Shown: positions 27,708 to 38,009, counted from the stretch's first letter. The stretch: DNA of 64,000 nt from Clostridia bacterium (GCA_017550895.1 JAFZNN010000236.1:1232-65231); one strand, 5' to 3'. Numbers and translations are program-made. The notes: generated from the letters alone by a model not told the origin.

Positions 27708-28499
27708 ATGGATGTGTTTGAAATTCTGAATCGGCATTATCATTCCCATGACGAGGAAAGCCGCCTGCTGTCAAGGCATGGGCAGGTGGAGTATCTCACG
27801 ACGCAGCACTATATCCGCGCCTACGCGGATGCCATAAATGCAAAACGGATCCTCGAAATCGGGGCGGGCACGGGCAGATACAGCGTGCCGCTGGCAAAAG
27901 CCGGCTACGACGTCACCGCCGTGGAACTTGTGGAGCACAACCTCGCTCTGCTGCGCGAAAAGCTCGACGGCAGCGAACCGCTCACGGCCCTGCAGGGCAA
28001 TGCGCTGGATCTTTCGCGTTTTCCCGACGGCGATTTTGATCTGACGCTGCTGCTGGGGCCGATGTATCATCTGTTCACGTTTGAGGATCAGCAGCAGGCG
28101 CTGTCCGAAGCGGTGCGCGTCACAAGGCCGGGCGGTTATATTCTGGTTTCCTATTGCATGAATGAGCCGACGGTGATCGACTACATTTTCCGGCGCGGGA
28201 ATCTCGGCAGCGTGCTTGAAAACAAGATGCTGACCGAGGACTGGCACTGCAAAAGCGAGCCGAAAGAAATCTTTGAGCTTTACCGCACCGAAGATATTGC
28301 CGCTCTGAATGCAGCCGTCAACGTCACGCGTGAAAAGCTGGTGGCCACCGACGGCGCGACGAATTATTTGAAAGAAATGATTGACGAAATGGATGATTTC
28401 ACCTTTGCGAAATGGGTGGAATATCATTTCGCCGTCTGCGAGCGGCAGGATCTGATCGGCGCGTCGCACCATACGCTGGATATTTTGAGGAAGCGATGA
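27708..28499 (+). CDS. class I SAM-dependent methyltransferase
   Basis: ILEIGAGTGRY, FDLTLLLGPMYHL, VTRPGG. Confidence 0.88.
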   Translation: MDVFEILNRHYHSHDEESRLLSRHGQVEYLTTQHYIRAYADAINAKRILEIGAGTGRYSVPLAKAGYDVTAVELVEHNLALLREKLDGSEPLTALQGNALDLSRFPDGDFDLTLLLGPMYHLFTFEDQQQALSEAVRVTRPGGYILVSYCMNEPTVIDYIFRRGNLGSVLENKMLTEDWHCKSEPKEIFELYRTEDIAALNAAVNVTREKLVATDGATNYLKEMIDEMDDFTFAKWVEYHFAVCERQDLIGASHHTLDILRKR

Positions 28500-28512
28500 G
28501 AAAACACCCGTT

Positions 28513-28998
28513 ATGATTTATGAAATCGAAGAAAAATCCATATTGCCGGTTTGTTTGAATATGATTCATAAGAGTTTTGCTACGGTTGCAGATGAATTCC
28601 ATTTGACAAAAGAAACCTGTCCCGGGTATACTGCGTTTATGGCTCTTGATAAGTTGCAAAAATCATTTGAGTCGAGCAATCGGATGTTTTTGTATTACTC
28701 GGATTCAATCCCGGTCGGTTTTTTCTTATTAAAACAGCTTGACGGTGAAACATGGGAATTGGATCACCTTGCCGTGCTCCCGGAATACCGTCACCGCGGA
28801 ATCGGGAAAGAATTATTGAATTATGCCGAAAAAACTGTTCGTGAGCAAAACGGAAAGTTGCTGAAAATCGGAATTATGGAAGAAAATGTGAGGTTAAAAC
28901 AGTGGTATCTCAAGAATGGGTTTGCATCAACCGGAACAAGACGCTTTGAACATCTGCCGTTTGCGGTAGGTTTTATGGAAAAGGATGTTGAAAAATGA
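28513..28998 (+). CDS. GNAT N-acetyltransferase (low GC)
   Basis: LAVLPEYRHRGIGKELL..WYLKNGF. Confidence 0.85.
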   Translation: MIYEIEEKSILPVCLNMIHKSFATVADEFHLTKETCPGYTAFMALDKLQKSFESSNRMFLYYSDSIPVGFFLLKQLDGETWELDHLAVLPEYRHRGIGKELLNYAEKTVREQNGKLLKIGIMEENVRLKQWYLKNGFASTGTRRFEHLPFAVGFMEKDVEK

Positions 28999-29801
28999 AT
29001 TTTCGTTTCAAAGTCAGCAGGTCTAAGGTCTTGCTTTTCTCCGGGAAAAAACTTGTTTCTTCAGAAGAAGACTACGTTGCTTATATGAAAAAAACTGCTG
29101 CGGATTACACACCGAAGCAGATTGTTATAAATGATGAATCCGTGAAAAATGATGTTGCCGTCGATGCTTTGTTTTGCGTTATTCCCGAACACAGAGATTT
29201 AAATAAAAAATATGACTTCCCATATTCACCCGATTTGTCGGATAAAGAGAATGTCTTGGCAATTATGAATCACCTGACAGAGCACACTTATTACTGCGGC
29301 GCAACAAGAAACATCCTGCCGGATGACGGCGCTGAAATACTGGAGAACGCTTTTGATTTGCCCTTTGACAAAGCTCTGAATTGCAGATCAAAAGCTATCG
29401 TTTTAACCGATATTCTTAATTCTTGCGGAATAAAATCACTGCCTGTATGCTGTATGTTAAATGAGGGCGGCTGTCATTTTCTTGTAAATGTTTGGCTGAA
29501 AGAGGAAAACAGATTTATCGTTGTTGACCCTTCGTTCAACTGCTTTTTCACAGATGAAACAGGCAGAGAATTGTCGGTTTGTGAACTTAGAGACAGCATT
29601 ATTAAGAATAAAGCCGTAACGGTAAACGGGTATTCTTTTCTCAGCACAGATGAATTCAAGAACTATTATTTCTCCGCGTTTATCTGTGACTTAATGGCGA
29701 ATTTATCAACATGGAAGACAAATATACGCGGCAAAAAGGAACTGTCAAAAGTATGCGGTGTTAATTTTGACGCAAAAGTACCGGAAACATTGGATTACTG
29801 A
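28995..29801 (+). CDS. transglutaminase-like (Cys-His-Asp) protein (low GC)
   Basis: LNCRSKA, CHFLVNVW and VVDPSFN triad-like motifs. Confidence 0.65.
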   Translation: MNFRFKVSRSKVLLFSGKKLVSSEEDYVAYMKKTAADYTPKQIVINDESVKNDVAVDALFCVIPEHRDLNKKYDFPYSPDLSDKENVLAIMNHLTEHTYYCGATRNILPDDGAEILENAFDLPFDKALNCRSKAIVLTDILNSCGIKSLPVCCMLNEGGCHFLVNVWLKEENRFIVVDPSFNCFFTDETGRELSVCELRDSIIKNKAVTVNGYSFLSTDEFKNYYFSAFICDLMANLSTWKTNIRGKKELSKVCGVNFDAKVPETLDY

Positions 29802-29805
29802 TTAT

Positions 29806-30345
29806 ATGGATATAAAAGAGATTACAGACTTTATTTTTATCGGTTCTGCTCCATGCAAAGCGGATGCAATTTTTGTTGTAGGCGGCTCGCTGCCGGAAGC
29901 AGCCGAGCTTGCGGCAGAGTTGTATCACAAAGGGTATGCGAAAACCGTTCTCATCGGCGGAAAGTACAGCGTCAAGCGTGATTGCTTCCCGGTTCCCGGC
30001 TATGAAACGGAATATGATTTTTACAAAGATATTCTGTTGAAAAACGGAGTTGCGGCAAGCGATATTTACGGCGAAAATGAATCGGGCTATACCAAACAAA
30101 ATGCAGAATTTGCAAAACGGGTCGTTAATGAGAACGGGCTGCGTGTCAAAAAGGCAATCATTGTTTGCAAATCCTTTCATGCCAAGCGTTGTTTATTGCT
30201 CTATCAGACGTCTTTTCCCGATGTTCAATTTACGGTTGTTACCTTTGACGGTTTTAATATAAGTAAGGATCATTGGTATCAGACCGAATACGGCAGAAGG
30301 CGCGTCATGGGCGAACTTCGACGAATTGAGGAACAGTGCAAATGA
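29806..30345 (+). CDS. YdcF/DUF218-family protein (low GC)
   Basis: DAIFVVGG, LIGG, TKQNAEF and IVCKSFHAKR motifs. Confidence 0.8.
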   Translation: MDIKEITDFIFIGSAPCKADAIFVVGGSLPEAAELAAELYHKGYAKTVLIGGKYSVKRDCFPVPGYETEYDFYKDILLKNGVAASDIYGENESGYTKQNAEFAKRVVNENGLRVKKAIIVCKSFHAKRCLLLYQTSFPDVQFTVVTFDGFNISKDHWYQTEYGRRRVMGELRRIEEQCK

Positions 30346-31295
30346 GCAAATTATTCTTAAAACCGGCGAACATTGAAGATGCTGAGAAAGAATGGCGGTT
30401 CGTCGCCGCGATGCCTGCGAATGAAAACGGGCTGACGAATAAATGGCATGGTGTCTCGCATGAAAAATTCATATCCGAAGTGCTGCCGAGAATGATAAAC
30501 AATTCAAAAGGAATTGATCTGCCCGAGGGCTTCGTTCCCGATACCACTTTGTTTCTTTGGAACGAAACGGAGATCGTCGGGCAATTCAGATTGCGTCATT
30601 ATCTTCCGGAAACAAAGATACCGGGACATATCGGTTATTATATCGCAAAAGAACACAGGGGAAAAGGCTTTGCCACGGAAGGGCTGCGCCTGACGCTTGC
30701 ATACGGCGCCGGCATCATCCCGGAAGATGAATTTTATATGCGCCTGAATAAAGACAATCCCGCATCCCTGTGCGTGATGCTCAAAAACGGCGGACGGATC
30801 GTCGGCGAAACAGAAGATAAGTTGATTGTAAAGATTCCGAAGGTCGGCTGTCCTGTTTCTCAGATCAAGCAAATCAGCCCTGACGATTATCCCGCGTGCG
30901 CGGCGGCATTCGGCGGCGGTTGTTCCTTTGCCGAAACCTGCCTTGCGCAGCAGCAGGCGGGGAACCGCGAAGCGTACGCGCTGTTTGTCAACGGGGAGAT
31001 CGCCGCAGAGTGTCATCTCGTCTACGATAACCCGGACTACGGCACGGTCCCCGGCAGACGGCTGTATTTTTCGCGCCTGATCGTCAAAAAGGGAGAACGC
31101 GGCAAAGGATACGGCGAGGCGCTCTCCCGCGCGCTGCTCGACATCGCCAAAGAAAAAGGCTATCGGGAAATCGCGCTCGGCGTGAACCGGGACAACACCG
31201 CCGCCGTGCGGCTGTATCGGAAGCTCGGCTTCACTGTGTATGAGGAAGCCGCGGACGCCGACGGCGAATTTTACAGAATGGAGAAACTGCTGTGA
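30342..31295 (+). CDS. tandem two-domain GNAT acetyltransferase
   Basis: HIGYYIAKEHRGKGFATE (domain 1) and LIVKKGERGKGYGE (domain 2). Confidence 0.82.
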   Translation: MSKLFLKPANIEDAEKEWRFVAAMPANENGLTNKWHGVSHEKFISEVLPRMINNSKGIDLPEGFVPDTTLFLWNETEIVGQFRLRHYLPETKIPGHIGYYIAKEHRGKGFATEGLRLTLAYGAGIIPEDEFYMRLNKDNPASLCVMLKNGGRIVGETEDKLIVKIPKVGCPVSQIKQISPDDYPACAAAFGGGCSFAETCLAQQQAGNREAYALFVNGEIAAECHLVYDNPDYGTVPGRRLYFSRLIVKKGERGKGYGEALSRALLDIAKEKGYREIALGVNRDNTAAVRLYRKLGFTVYEEAADADGEFYRMEKLL

Positions 31296-32257
31296 CTCGA
31301 GAAGACCTGATCCTTCGTCGCCCGACGGCAGATGATGTGCCGGAGCTCCTTTCCTACCGGCAGGCGTTTCTGGACTCCGGCGGTTCTATGGACGGCGCCG
31401 GTCCGCTGCGCCGCTTTGAAAATCCGCTGGACTGGCTGCGCGAAGTCGAGGCATATGCGCGGCCGGAAACCGTACCGGCAGGCCTGGTGCAGGCAACGCA
31501 GTTCGTCTGCGTGCGCAAGCGCGACGGGCGGATCGTCGGCATGCTGCAGGTGCGCCATCGGTTTAACGACTATCTTGAAAAATACGGCGGGCACATCGGC
31601 TATTCCGTGCGGCCCGACGAGCGCCGGAAGGGCTACGCAAAACAGATGCTGCGGCAGGGGCTGGATTTCTGCCGGACGCTCGGCCTGCCGCGCGTGCTGA
31701 TTGCCTGCAATACGGAAAACGAAGCCAGCCGGCGGACCATTCTCGCCAACGGCGGCGTTTATGACGGCACGGTGTTCGAGCCGGAAAAAGGCGAAACGCT
31801 GGAGCGCTACTGGATCGATCTGCGTCTGCCGCAGAAGGACGCGCCCGGCCGCTCCGGCGCGCAATCAAATGAAACGATCTCGGAGGAAAAACCCATGCTG
31901 TTTATCTGCTATCCCAAATGCACGACCTGTCAGAAGGCGCAGAAGTGGCTGGACGCGCAGGGCGTGTCGTATGAATTCAGAAACATCAAAGAGCATCGCC
32001 CGACCGAGGCGGAGCTGCGCGACTGGCACGCGCGCAGCGGGCTGCCGCTCAAGCGCTTTTTCAACACGAGCGGCCTGCAATACAAGGCGCTGCAGCTGAA
32101 AGACCGCCTGCCGGAAATGAGCGAGGATGAACAGTTCGCCCTGCTCGCTTCCGACGGCATGCTGGTCAAGCGCCCGCTTTTAATTTCGGACAACCTGGTC
32201 CTCGTCGGCTTCCGGGAAGCGGAGTACGCACGCGCCGCGCAGACGGAAAACGCATGA
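31292..32257 (+). CDS. GNAT acetyltransferase in frame with an ArsC/Spx-family protein (internal start 31895)
   Basis: HIGYSVRPDERRKGYA GNAT ending YWIDL, then a linker, then MLFICYPKCTTCQKA..LVKRPLL with its own GGAGG RBS. Confidence 0.8.
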   Translation: MTREDLILRRPTADDVPELLSYRQAFLDSGGSMDGAGPLRRFENPLDWLREVEAYARPETVPAGLVQATQFVCVRKRDGRIVGMLQVRHRFNDYLEKYGGHIGYSVRPDERRKGYAKQMLRQGLDFCRTLGLPRVLIACNTENEASRRTILANGGVYDGTVFEPEKGETLERYWIDLRLPQKDAPGRSGAQSNETISEEKPMLFICYPKCTTCQKAQKWLDAQGVSYEFRNIKEHRPTEAELRDWHARSGLPLKRFFNTSGLQYKALQLKDRLPEMSEDEQFALLASDGMLVKRPLLISDNLVLVGFREAEYARAAQTENA

Positions 32258-32781
32258 AAAAAGTCATCGTGATCGGCTGTCCCGGCAGCGGAAAAAGCGT
32301 CTTTTCCCGCGCGCTGCATGAGATCACCGGCCTGCCGCTGTATCCGCTGGATCTGCTCCGCTGGCGGGCGGACCGGTCCTTCATCTCACGGGAAGAACTG
32401 ATCGAAAAGATTCTGGAGATCGGCGCGACCGACGCGTGGATCATGGACGGCAACTACGGCGCGACGATGGAGCTGCGTATGTCGCTGTGCGACACGATCA
32501 TCTTTCTGGATTACCCGACCGAGGTCTGTCTGGAAGGCGTCCTTGCCCGGCGCGGCACGGCGCGGGCGGATCTGCCCTGGGTGGAGCCTGCCGACGAGAT
32601 CGACGCGGAGTTTCTGGATTCCGTGCGGAATTACAACGCCGTCAACCGTCCGACCGTGCTGAAACGGATCGCTGAATATCCCGATAAAACGACGTTCATT
32701 TTTCATTCCCGCACCGAAGCCGACCGCTTTCTCGAAACGCTCAGAGAGCGACAATCCGCCGGGCCGCCGTCCGGCGACTGA
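32254..32781 (+). CDS. adenylate-kinase-like P-loop protein (FlaR/topology-modulation family)
   Basis: IGCPGSGKS, WIMDGNY, IIFLDYP. Confidence 0.8.
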   Translation: MKKVIVIGCPGSGKSVFSRALHEITGLPLYPLDLLRWRADRSFISREELIEKILEIGATDAWIMDGNYGATMELRMSLCDTIIFLDYPTEVCLEGVLARRGTARADLPWVEPADEIDAEFLDSVRNYNAVNRPTVLKRIAEYPDKTTFIFHSRTEADRFLETLRERQSAGPPSGD

Positions 32782-32785
32782 TGCA

Positions 32786-32823
32786 GAAAAACGCGCGCTG
32801 CAGCCGGACTGCAGCGCGCGTTT
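32786..32823. terminator. bidirectional terminator
   Basis: AAAAACGCGCGCTGCAG-CCGGA-CTGCAGCGCGCGTTT. Confidence 0.8.
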
Positions 32824-32840
32824 GCTGTTCTTATTCGCTT

Positions 32841-33527
32841 TTACGGGTGCGGGAGGCCCTTGCGGTAGGCGTCCATGATGCCCCGGAAGATCTCGCCGTT
32901 GCTCGGCGGGGTCCAGGTGACGGCGTTTGCGCCGGCGGCGATGGTGCGCGCCACGGTTTCGCCCGTCTGCCCGCCGGTCGCGATGATGGGAATCTCCGGG
33001 TGCTTTGCGCGCACGGCCGCGACCACGGCCGGCGTTTCGGCCGCGGCGGAGACGTTGAGGATGTCCGCGCCGGCGGCGATGCGCGCCTCGATATCCTCCA
33101 GCGCGGAAACGACCGTGACCACCACCGGAATATCGATCGACGCCTTGAGCGCCCGCACGATATCGTTGCTCGTCGGCGCGTTGACCACGACGCCCAGCGC
33201 GCCCTGGTATTCCGCGTGGAGCGCGAGATTCACCACGCGCATCCCCTGCGTGCGTCCCCCGCCGACCCCGACGAATACCGGCACCTCCGCGGCGGTCATG
33301 ATCGCCTGCGTGATGATCGGCTGCGGGGTGAAGGGATAAACGGCAATGATCGCGTCGGCGTTCGTGTTGCGGATGATGCTCACATCCGTGGAAAACAGAA
33401 CGGAACGGATGCGGCGGCCGTGGATGCGGATGCCCGAGCAGGCTTCGATCTCCCGCGGCACCGTCACCATGAAATCGCGCAGAAAACCGCCGACCTCCGG
33501 AACCCCGTTTGCTTCATTCTTTTTCAT
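32841..33527 (-). CDS. TIM-barrel 'hydrolase' of unknown function
   Basis: VYPFTPQ, VGVGGG and IIATGG phosphate-binding-like motifs. Confidence 0.6.
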   Translation of the reverse strand: MKKNEANGVPEVGGFLRDFMVTVPREIEACSGIRIHGRRIRSVLFSTDVSIIRNTNADAIIAVYPFTPQPIITQAIMTAAEVPVFVGVGGGRTQGMRVVNLALHAEYQGALGVVVNAPTSNDIVRALKASIDIPVVVTVVSALEDIEARIAAGADILNVSAAAETPAVVAAVRAKHPEIPIIATGGQTGETVARTIAAGANAVTWTPPSNGEIFRGIMDAYRKGLPHP

Positions 33528-33701
33528 GCTGTGCTCCTTTCGTTTTTCTTCCCCTTTTTTCGCGCAGAAAATTTCATTCGCTCCTGTACAAATATAAAAA
33601 ACTATGGTATACTATTCTAAACACGTCTGCTTTTCTCTATAATTCTAGCATAAAACTATCAAGAATTCAATTCTATTTTGACGAATGGGGAGGGACCCGG
33701 G

Positions 33702-34196
33702 ATGAAAGCCATCGATATCCGTGCGGTCAAAGAGAATGTTGTGCAGCTGATCGGCGACGGCTGGGGCCTGCTGACCGCCGGCACGGCCGGCAGCTTCAAC
33801 ACCATGACGGTCAGCTGGGGCGCGCTCGGCGAGCTGTGGGGCAAGGACGTCGCGATCGTCTTCGTGCGCCCGCAGCGCTATACGCTGGAATTCCTGGAGC
33901 GGGAAGATCGCTTCACGCTCAGCTTTTATGATCCGGCCTATCGCCCGGCGCTCGCGCTCTGCGGCTCAAAAAGCGGCCGCGATCTCGACAAGGCGGCGGC
34001 GGCCGGGCTCACCCCCGCGGAGACGGACGGCACGATCACCTTCGCCCAGGCGAAGCTGACGCTGGTCTGCCGCAAGATCGCCGTGCAGGCGCTGGATCCG
34101 GCGGGTTTCCTGGATCCGGCCATCGAATCGAACTATGACGGCGGCGATTATCACAAGGTCTTTATCGGTGAAATTCTGAAGGTTTACGAGGCATAA
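33702..34196 (+). CDS. flavin reductase-like FMN-binding protein
   Basis: NTMTVSWG, GSKSGRDLDK, HKVFIGEI. Confidence 0.85.
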   Translation: MKAIDIRAVKENVVQLIGDGWGLLTAGTAGSFNTMTVSWGALGELWGKDVAIVFVRPQRYTLEFLEREDRFTLSFYDPAYRPALALCGSKSGRDLDKAAAAGLTPAETDGTITFAQAKLTLVCRKIAVQALDPAGFLDPAIESNYDGGDYHKVFIGEILKVYEA

Positions 34197-34197
34197 C

Positions 34198-36372
34198 ATG
34201 GCAAAAGCATTGGTGCTGGCGGAGAAGCCCTCCGTCGCGCGGGATCTGGCGCGGGTGCTCGGCTGCAAGCGCGGCGGCAACGGCTGCCTGATCGGCGACA
34301 AATACATCGTCACCTGGGCGCTGGGGCATCTGGTCACGCTGGCGGACCCCGAGGCGTATGACGATAAATATCAGCAGTGGCGCATGGAGGATCTGCCGAT
34401 GCTGCCAAAGCGCATGAAGCTGGTCACGATCCCGCAGACCGGCAAGCAGTTCCGCGCCGTGAGCAGCCTGCTGAACAGCAGCGAGGTCTCCTCCGTCATC
34501 ATCGCGACCGACGCCGGGCGCGAGGGCGAGCTGGTCGCGCGCTGGATCCTGCAGAAAGCCGGCTGCCGCAAGCCGCTGCAGCGCCTCTGGATCTCCTCGC
34601 AGACGGACAAGGCCATCCGCGAGGGCTTCGCAAACCTCAAGCCCGGCGCGCAGTATGAAAATCTGTATCACAGCGCGCAGAGCCGCGCCGAAGCGGACTG
34701 GCTGGTCGGCCTGAACGTCACGCGCGCGCTCACCTGCAAGCACGGCGCGCAGCTCTCCGCCGGCCGGGTGCAGACGCCGACGCTGGCCATGATCGTGCGG
34801 CGGGAGGAAGAGATCCAGCAGTTCCGCCCGAAGGAGTATTTTACGGTCAAGGCGTCCTTCGGCAGCTTTCAGGCGCTTTATAAAGACGCGAAACAGCAGG
34901 CGCGGATGTTCGACCCCGCCGACGCCCAGCGCATCGCCGAGGCCGTGCGCGGCAAACGAGCGACCGTGACCGAGATCAAAAAGAATTATAAATTTCAGGC
35001 GCCGCCCGCCGCTTACGACCTGACGGAGCTGCAGCGCGACGCAAACAAAAAATACGGCTATTCCGCGAAACAGACCCTTTCGCTCATGCAGGCGCTGTAT
35101 GAAACGCACAAGCTGCTGACCTATCCGCGCACGGATTCGCGCTACATCACGAAGGACGTCGCCGCCACGCTCGGCGAGCGGCTGCGCGCGATCGCGGTCG
35201 GCCCTTATAAAGAGCGGGCAAACGCCCTGCTGCGGCAGCGCCCGCTGCAGACGAAATATATCGTCAAGGATGCGGCGGTGACCGATCACCACGCGATCAT
35301 TCCGACCGAGCAATATGTCGATCTGAACAAACTGACCAACGACGAGCGCCACATCTATGACCTGGTTGTGCGGCGCTTCCTGGCCGTGCTCAGCGCGCCG
35401 TTTGAATATGACGAGGTGCAGATGACGCTGGCCGTTGGCCCGCATCGGTTCTATACCAAAGGCAAAACCGTGCGCGTGCCGGGCTGGAAGGCGCTGTATG
35501 ACGCGTCGCTCGAGGAGGACGACGCCGAGGAGGATCTCGGCGCGCAGACGCTCCCCGCTCTCACGCAGGGCACGACGCTGCCGGTGGAGGCCGTGCGGAT
35601 CGTTGCGGGCAAGACCGCGCCGCCCGCGCGCTACACCGAAGCGACGCTGCTCACCGCCATGGAGCATCCGACGGGCGAGGTGGGCAACGCCGCCGAGCGC
35701 AGCGCCCTGCAGTCCGCCGGCGGGCTCGGCACCCCCGCCACCCGCGCGGATATCATCGAAAAACTGTTTGACGCTTTCTATATCGAACGCCGCGGCAAGG
35801 AGATCCATCCGACCTCCAAGGGCAAGCAGCTCGTGCGCATCGTGCCGGAGGATCTGCGCGCCGCCGCGCTGACCGCCCGCTGGGAGCAGCAGCTCGCGCT
35901 GATCGCCGCCGGCAAGGCCGACAGCGGCAAATTCATCGAAGAAATGCGGCGCTACGCCGCTTCACTCGTGCAGGATGTGCGCGCCGGCACGGTGGAATAT
36001 CAGCATGACAACGTCACGCGCACGCCCTGCCCGCAATGCGGGAAATACCTGCTCGAGGTCAACGGCAAAAAGGGCCGCATGCTCGTTTGCCGCGACCGCG
36101 AATGCGGCTACCGCAAATCCCTGAGCGTGATCACCAACGCCCGCTGCCCGAACTGCCACAAGAAGCTGGAGCTGCGCGGCGAGGGCGAAAAACGCGCGTT
36201 TTACTGCGCCTGCGGCTACCGGGAAAAACTCTCCGATTTTGAAAAGCGCAGGCAGACGGCCGGCGGCGGCAAACGCGATGTTGCAAACTATCTGCAGCAG
36301 CAGCAAAAGCAAAAGCCGGTCAGCAATCCGCTGGCGGATCAGCTTGCCAAATGGATGGAGGAGAATCAATGA
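34198..36372 (+). CDS. topB: DNA topoisomerase III
   Basis: LAEKPS, ATDAGREGE, SAGRVQTP and LLTYPRTDS motifs; C-terminal Zn ribbons. Confidence 0.95.
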   Translation: MAKALVLAEKPSVARDLARVLGCKRGGNGCLIGDKYIVTWALGHLVTLADPEAYDDKYQQWRMEDLPMLPKRMKLVTIPQTGKQFRAVSSLLNSSEVSSVIIATDAGREGELVARWILQKAGCRKPLQRLWISSQTDKAIREGFANLKPGAQYENLYHSAQSRAEADWLVGLNVTRALTCKHGAQLSAGRVQTPTLAMIVRREEEIQQFRPKEYFTVKASFGSFQALYKDAKQQARMFDPADAQRIAEAVRGKRATVTEIKKNYKFQAPPAAYDLTELQRDANKKYGYSAKQTLSLMQALYETHKLLTYPRTDSRYITKDVAATLGERLRAIAVGPYKERANALLRQRPLQTKYIVKDAAVTDHHAIIPTEQYVDLNKLTNDERHIYDLVVRRFLAVLSAPFEYDEVQMTLAVGPHRFYTKGKTVRVPGWKALYDASLEEDDAEEDLGAQTLPALTQGTTLPVEAVRIVAGKTAPPARYTEATLLTAMEHPTGEVGNAAERSALQSAGGLGTPATRADIIEKLFDAFYIERRGKEIHPTSKGKQLVRIVPEDLRAAALTARWEQQLALIAAGKADSGKFIEEMRRYAASLVQDVRAGTVEYQHDNVTRTPCPQCGKYLLEVNGKKGRMLVCRDRECGYRKSLSVITNARCPNCHKKLELRGEGEKRAFYCACGYREKLSDFEKRRQTAGGGKRDVANYLQQQQKQKPVSNPLADQLAKWMEENQ

Positions 36373-37988
36373 AGCGCTCGCTCTCTATATTGCTGATCGC
36401 GGCGCTGCTGCTGAGTCTGGCAGCCTGCGCCGGGCACGGCGCGGGCAAAACGGTCTATTACCCGCTCGCCGCCTCGCCCGCTACGCTGGACCCGCAGTTC
36501 GCGGGGGAATCCGGCGCGCAGCTGGTCATCAACAACGTCTTTGAAGGTCTGACCCGTCTGCAGCCCGACGGCACGGCCGCCTCCGGGCTGGCCGAGCGCT
36601 GGGAAGTGTCCGACGATGAACTGACCTATACGTTCTATCTGCAGCCCGGCACGGAATGGTACTGCCCGGTCGTGCTGAAAAACGAATACGGCGAAGATTT
36701 CTATAAACGCTTTTCCGAAGAAAAGGTGACGGCGCGGGACTTCGTGTTTGCGCTGCGCCGCGCGGCGAATCCCGCAACGGACGCGCCCTGCGCGCACCGG
36801 CTGGCCGTGATCGAAAACGCAACCGCCGTTCTGCAGGGCACGCTGCCGCCGGAGCAGCTCGGCGTTTCCGCTCCGGATGACAACACGCTGGTCATCCGGC
36901 TGGCCGCCCCCTGCCCGGATCTGCCCGTGCGCCTGACCGAAAGCGTCTTCATGCCCTGCAATGAGGATTTCTTCAACGCCACCAACGGCCGCTACGGTCT
37001 GAGCAACCGGCACATCCTGTGCAACGGCCCGTTTTACGTGAGCGCCTGGGATCCCGAAAGCGGCCTGACCATTAAGAGAAACCGCTATTATTCCGGCAGC
37101 AAGGCGCTGCCGGCCACGGTGGCGTTCTCCTTTGACGGCGATCCCGATTCCGTGCTCCAGAAGCTGGCGGGCGGCTCGCTGAGCGCCGCCATGCTGCCGC
37201 CGGAGGCCGCGGTGCCGGAGGACTGCACCGTCGCCGCGCGGCGCGAAAACGGGTTTTACGGCCTGGTCTTCAACTGCAGCGACGCGCTGATGCAGAACAG
37301 CGATCTGCGCGTCGCGCTGTGCAATTCCATCGACCGCGATCTGTTCCTGACGGAAGAAGACGGCTTTACGCCGGAACGCGGCTTTATCCCCGCTTCCTGC
37401 GAGGCCGGCGGCGTATCGTTCCGCGCGGCTGCCGGCACGCAGACCGCCGGGCTCGGCCGCAACACATCGGCCGCTGTGCGCCATTTCTCCGACGCGCTGC
37501 AGACGCTGAACCTCGAGCGCATCACCGTCACGCTCCTGAGTCCGGACTTCCTGGAGGCGCAGGCGCTGCGGCAGGTGCAGCTCTGGCAGAAAACGCTGGG
37601 TCTGAACCTGACGCTCAATCTGGAAATCCTGCCGCCTGCGGAGATTTCCTCCGCCGTGGCAAAGGGCAATTATCAGTTTGCGATCACGGGCCTGACGGCC
37701 GACACGGCGGACGCCGGCGAATTCCTCGCGCAGTTTGCGGACGGCGCGGTCTTCCGCCTGCAGGATGACGCATTCCGGCAGCTGACAAAGAAGCTGCTCG
37801 CGGATGTGGACGACGACGCGGCGCTGCGGGACTGCTTCGACGCGGAATCCTACCTGCTGCAGCAGGGCGTCTGCTATCCGCTCTACAGCCGGGCCAGCAG
37901 CTTCGTCATCGGCAAGGACGTGGCGGATATCACCATCGCCGGCGCGGAAAACACCGTCAGCTTCCTGAATGCGAAACGCTTTGACTGA
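36369..37988 (+). CDS. peptide/nickel ABC transporter substrate-binding lipoprotein (OppA-like)
   Basis: Lipobox LAAC; TLDP, VFEGL, VTARDFVFA and NGPF motifs of SBP family 5. Confidence 0.85.
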   Translation: MKRSLSILLIAALLLSLAACAGHGAGKTVYYPLAASPATLDPQFAGESGAQLVINNVFEGLTRLQPDGTAASGLAERWEVSDDELTYTFYLQPGTEWYCPVVLKNEYGEDFYKRFSEEKVTARDFVFALRRAANPATDAPCAHRLAVIENATAVLQGTLPPEQLGVSAPDDNTLVIRLAAPCPDLPVRLTESVFMPCNEDFFNATNGRYGLSNRHILCNGPFYVSAWDPESGLTIKRNRYYSGSKALPATVAFSFDGDPDSVLQKLAGGSLSAAMLPPEAAVPEDCTVAARRENGFYGLVFNCSDALMQNSDLRVALCNSIDRDLFLTEEDGFTPERGFIPASCEAGGVSFRAAAGTQTAGLGRNTSAAVRHFSDALQTLNLERITVTLLSPDFLEAQALRQVQLWQKTLGLNLTLNLEILPPAEISSAVAKGNYQFAITGLTADTADAGEFLAQFADGAVFRLQDDAFRQLTKKLLADVDDDAALRDCFDAESYLLQQGVCYPLYSRASSFVIGKDVADITIAGAENTVSFLNAKRFD

Positions 37989-38009
37989 TCAATAAAGGGG
38001 AACCGAATC

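Noticed and set aside
26765-32781. Integron cassette array
   Set aside because: The genes overlap or abut without attC-like palindromes, and no intI is present.
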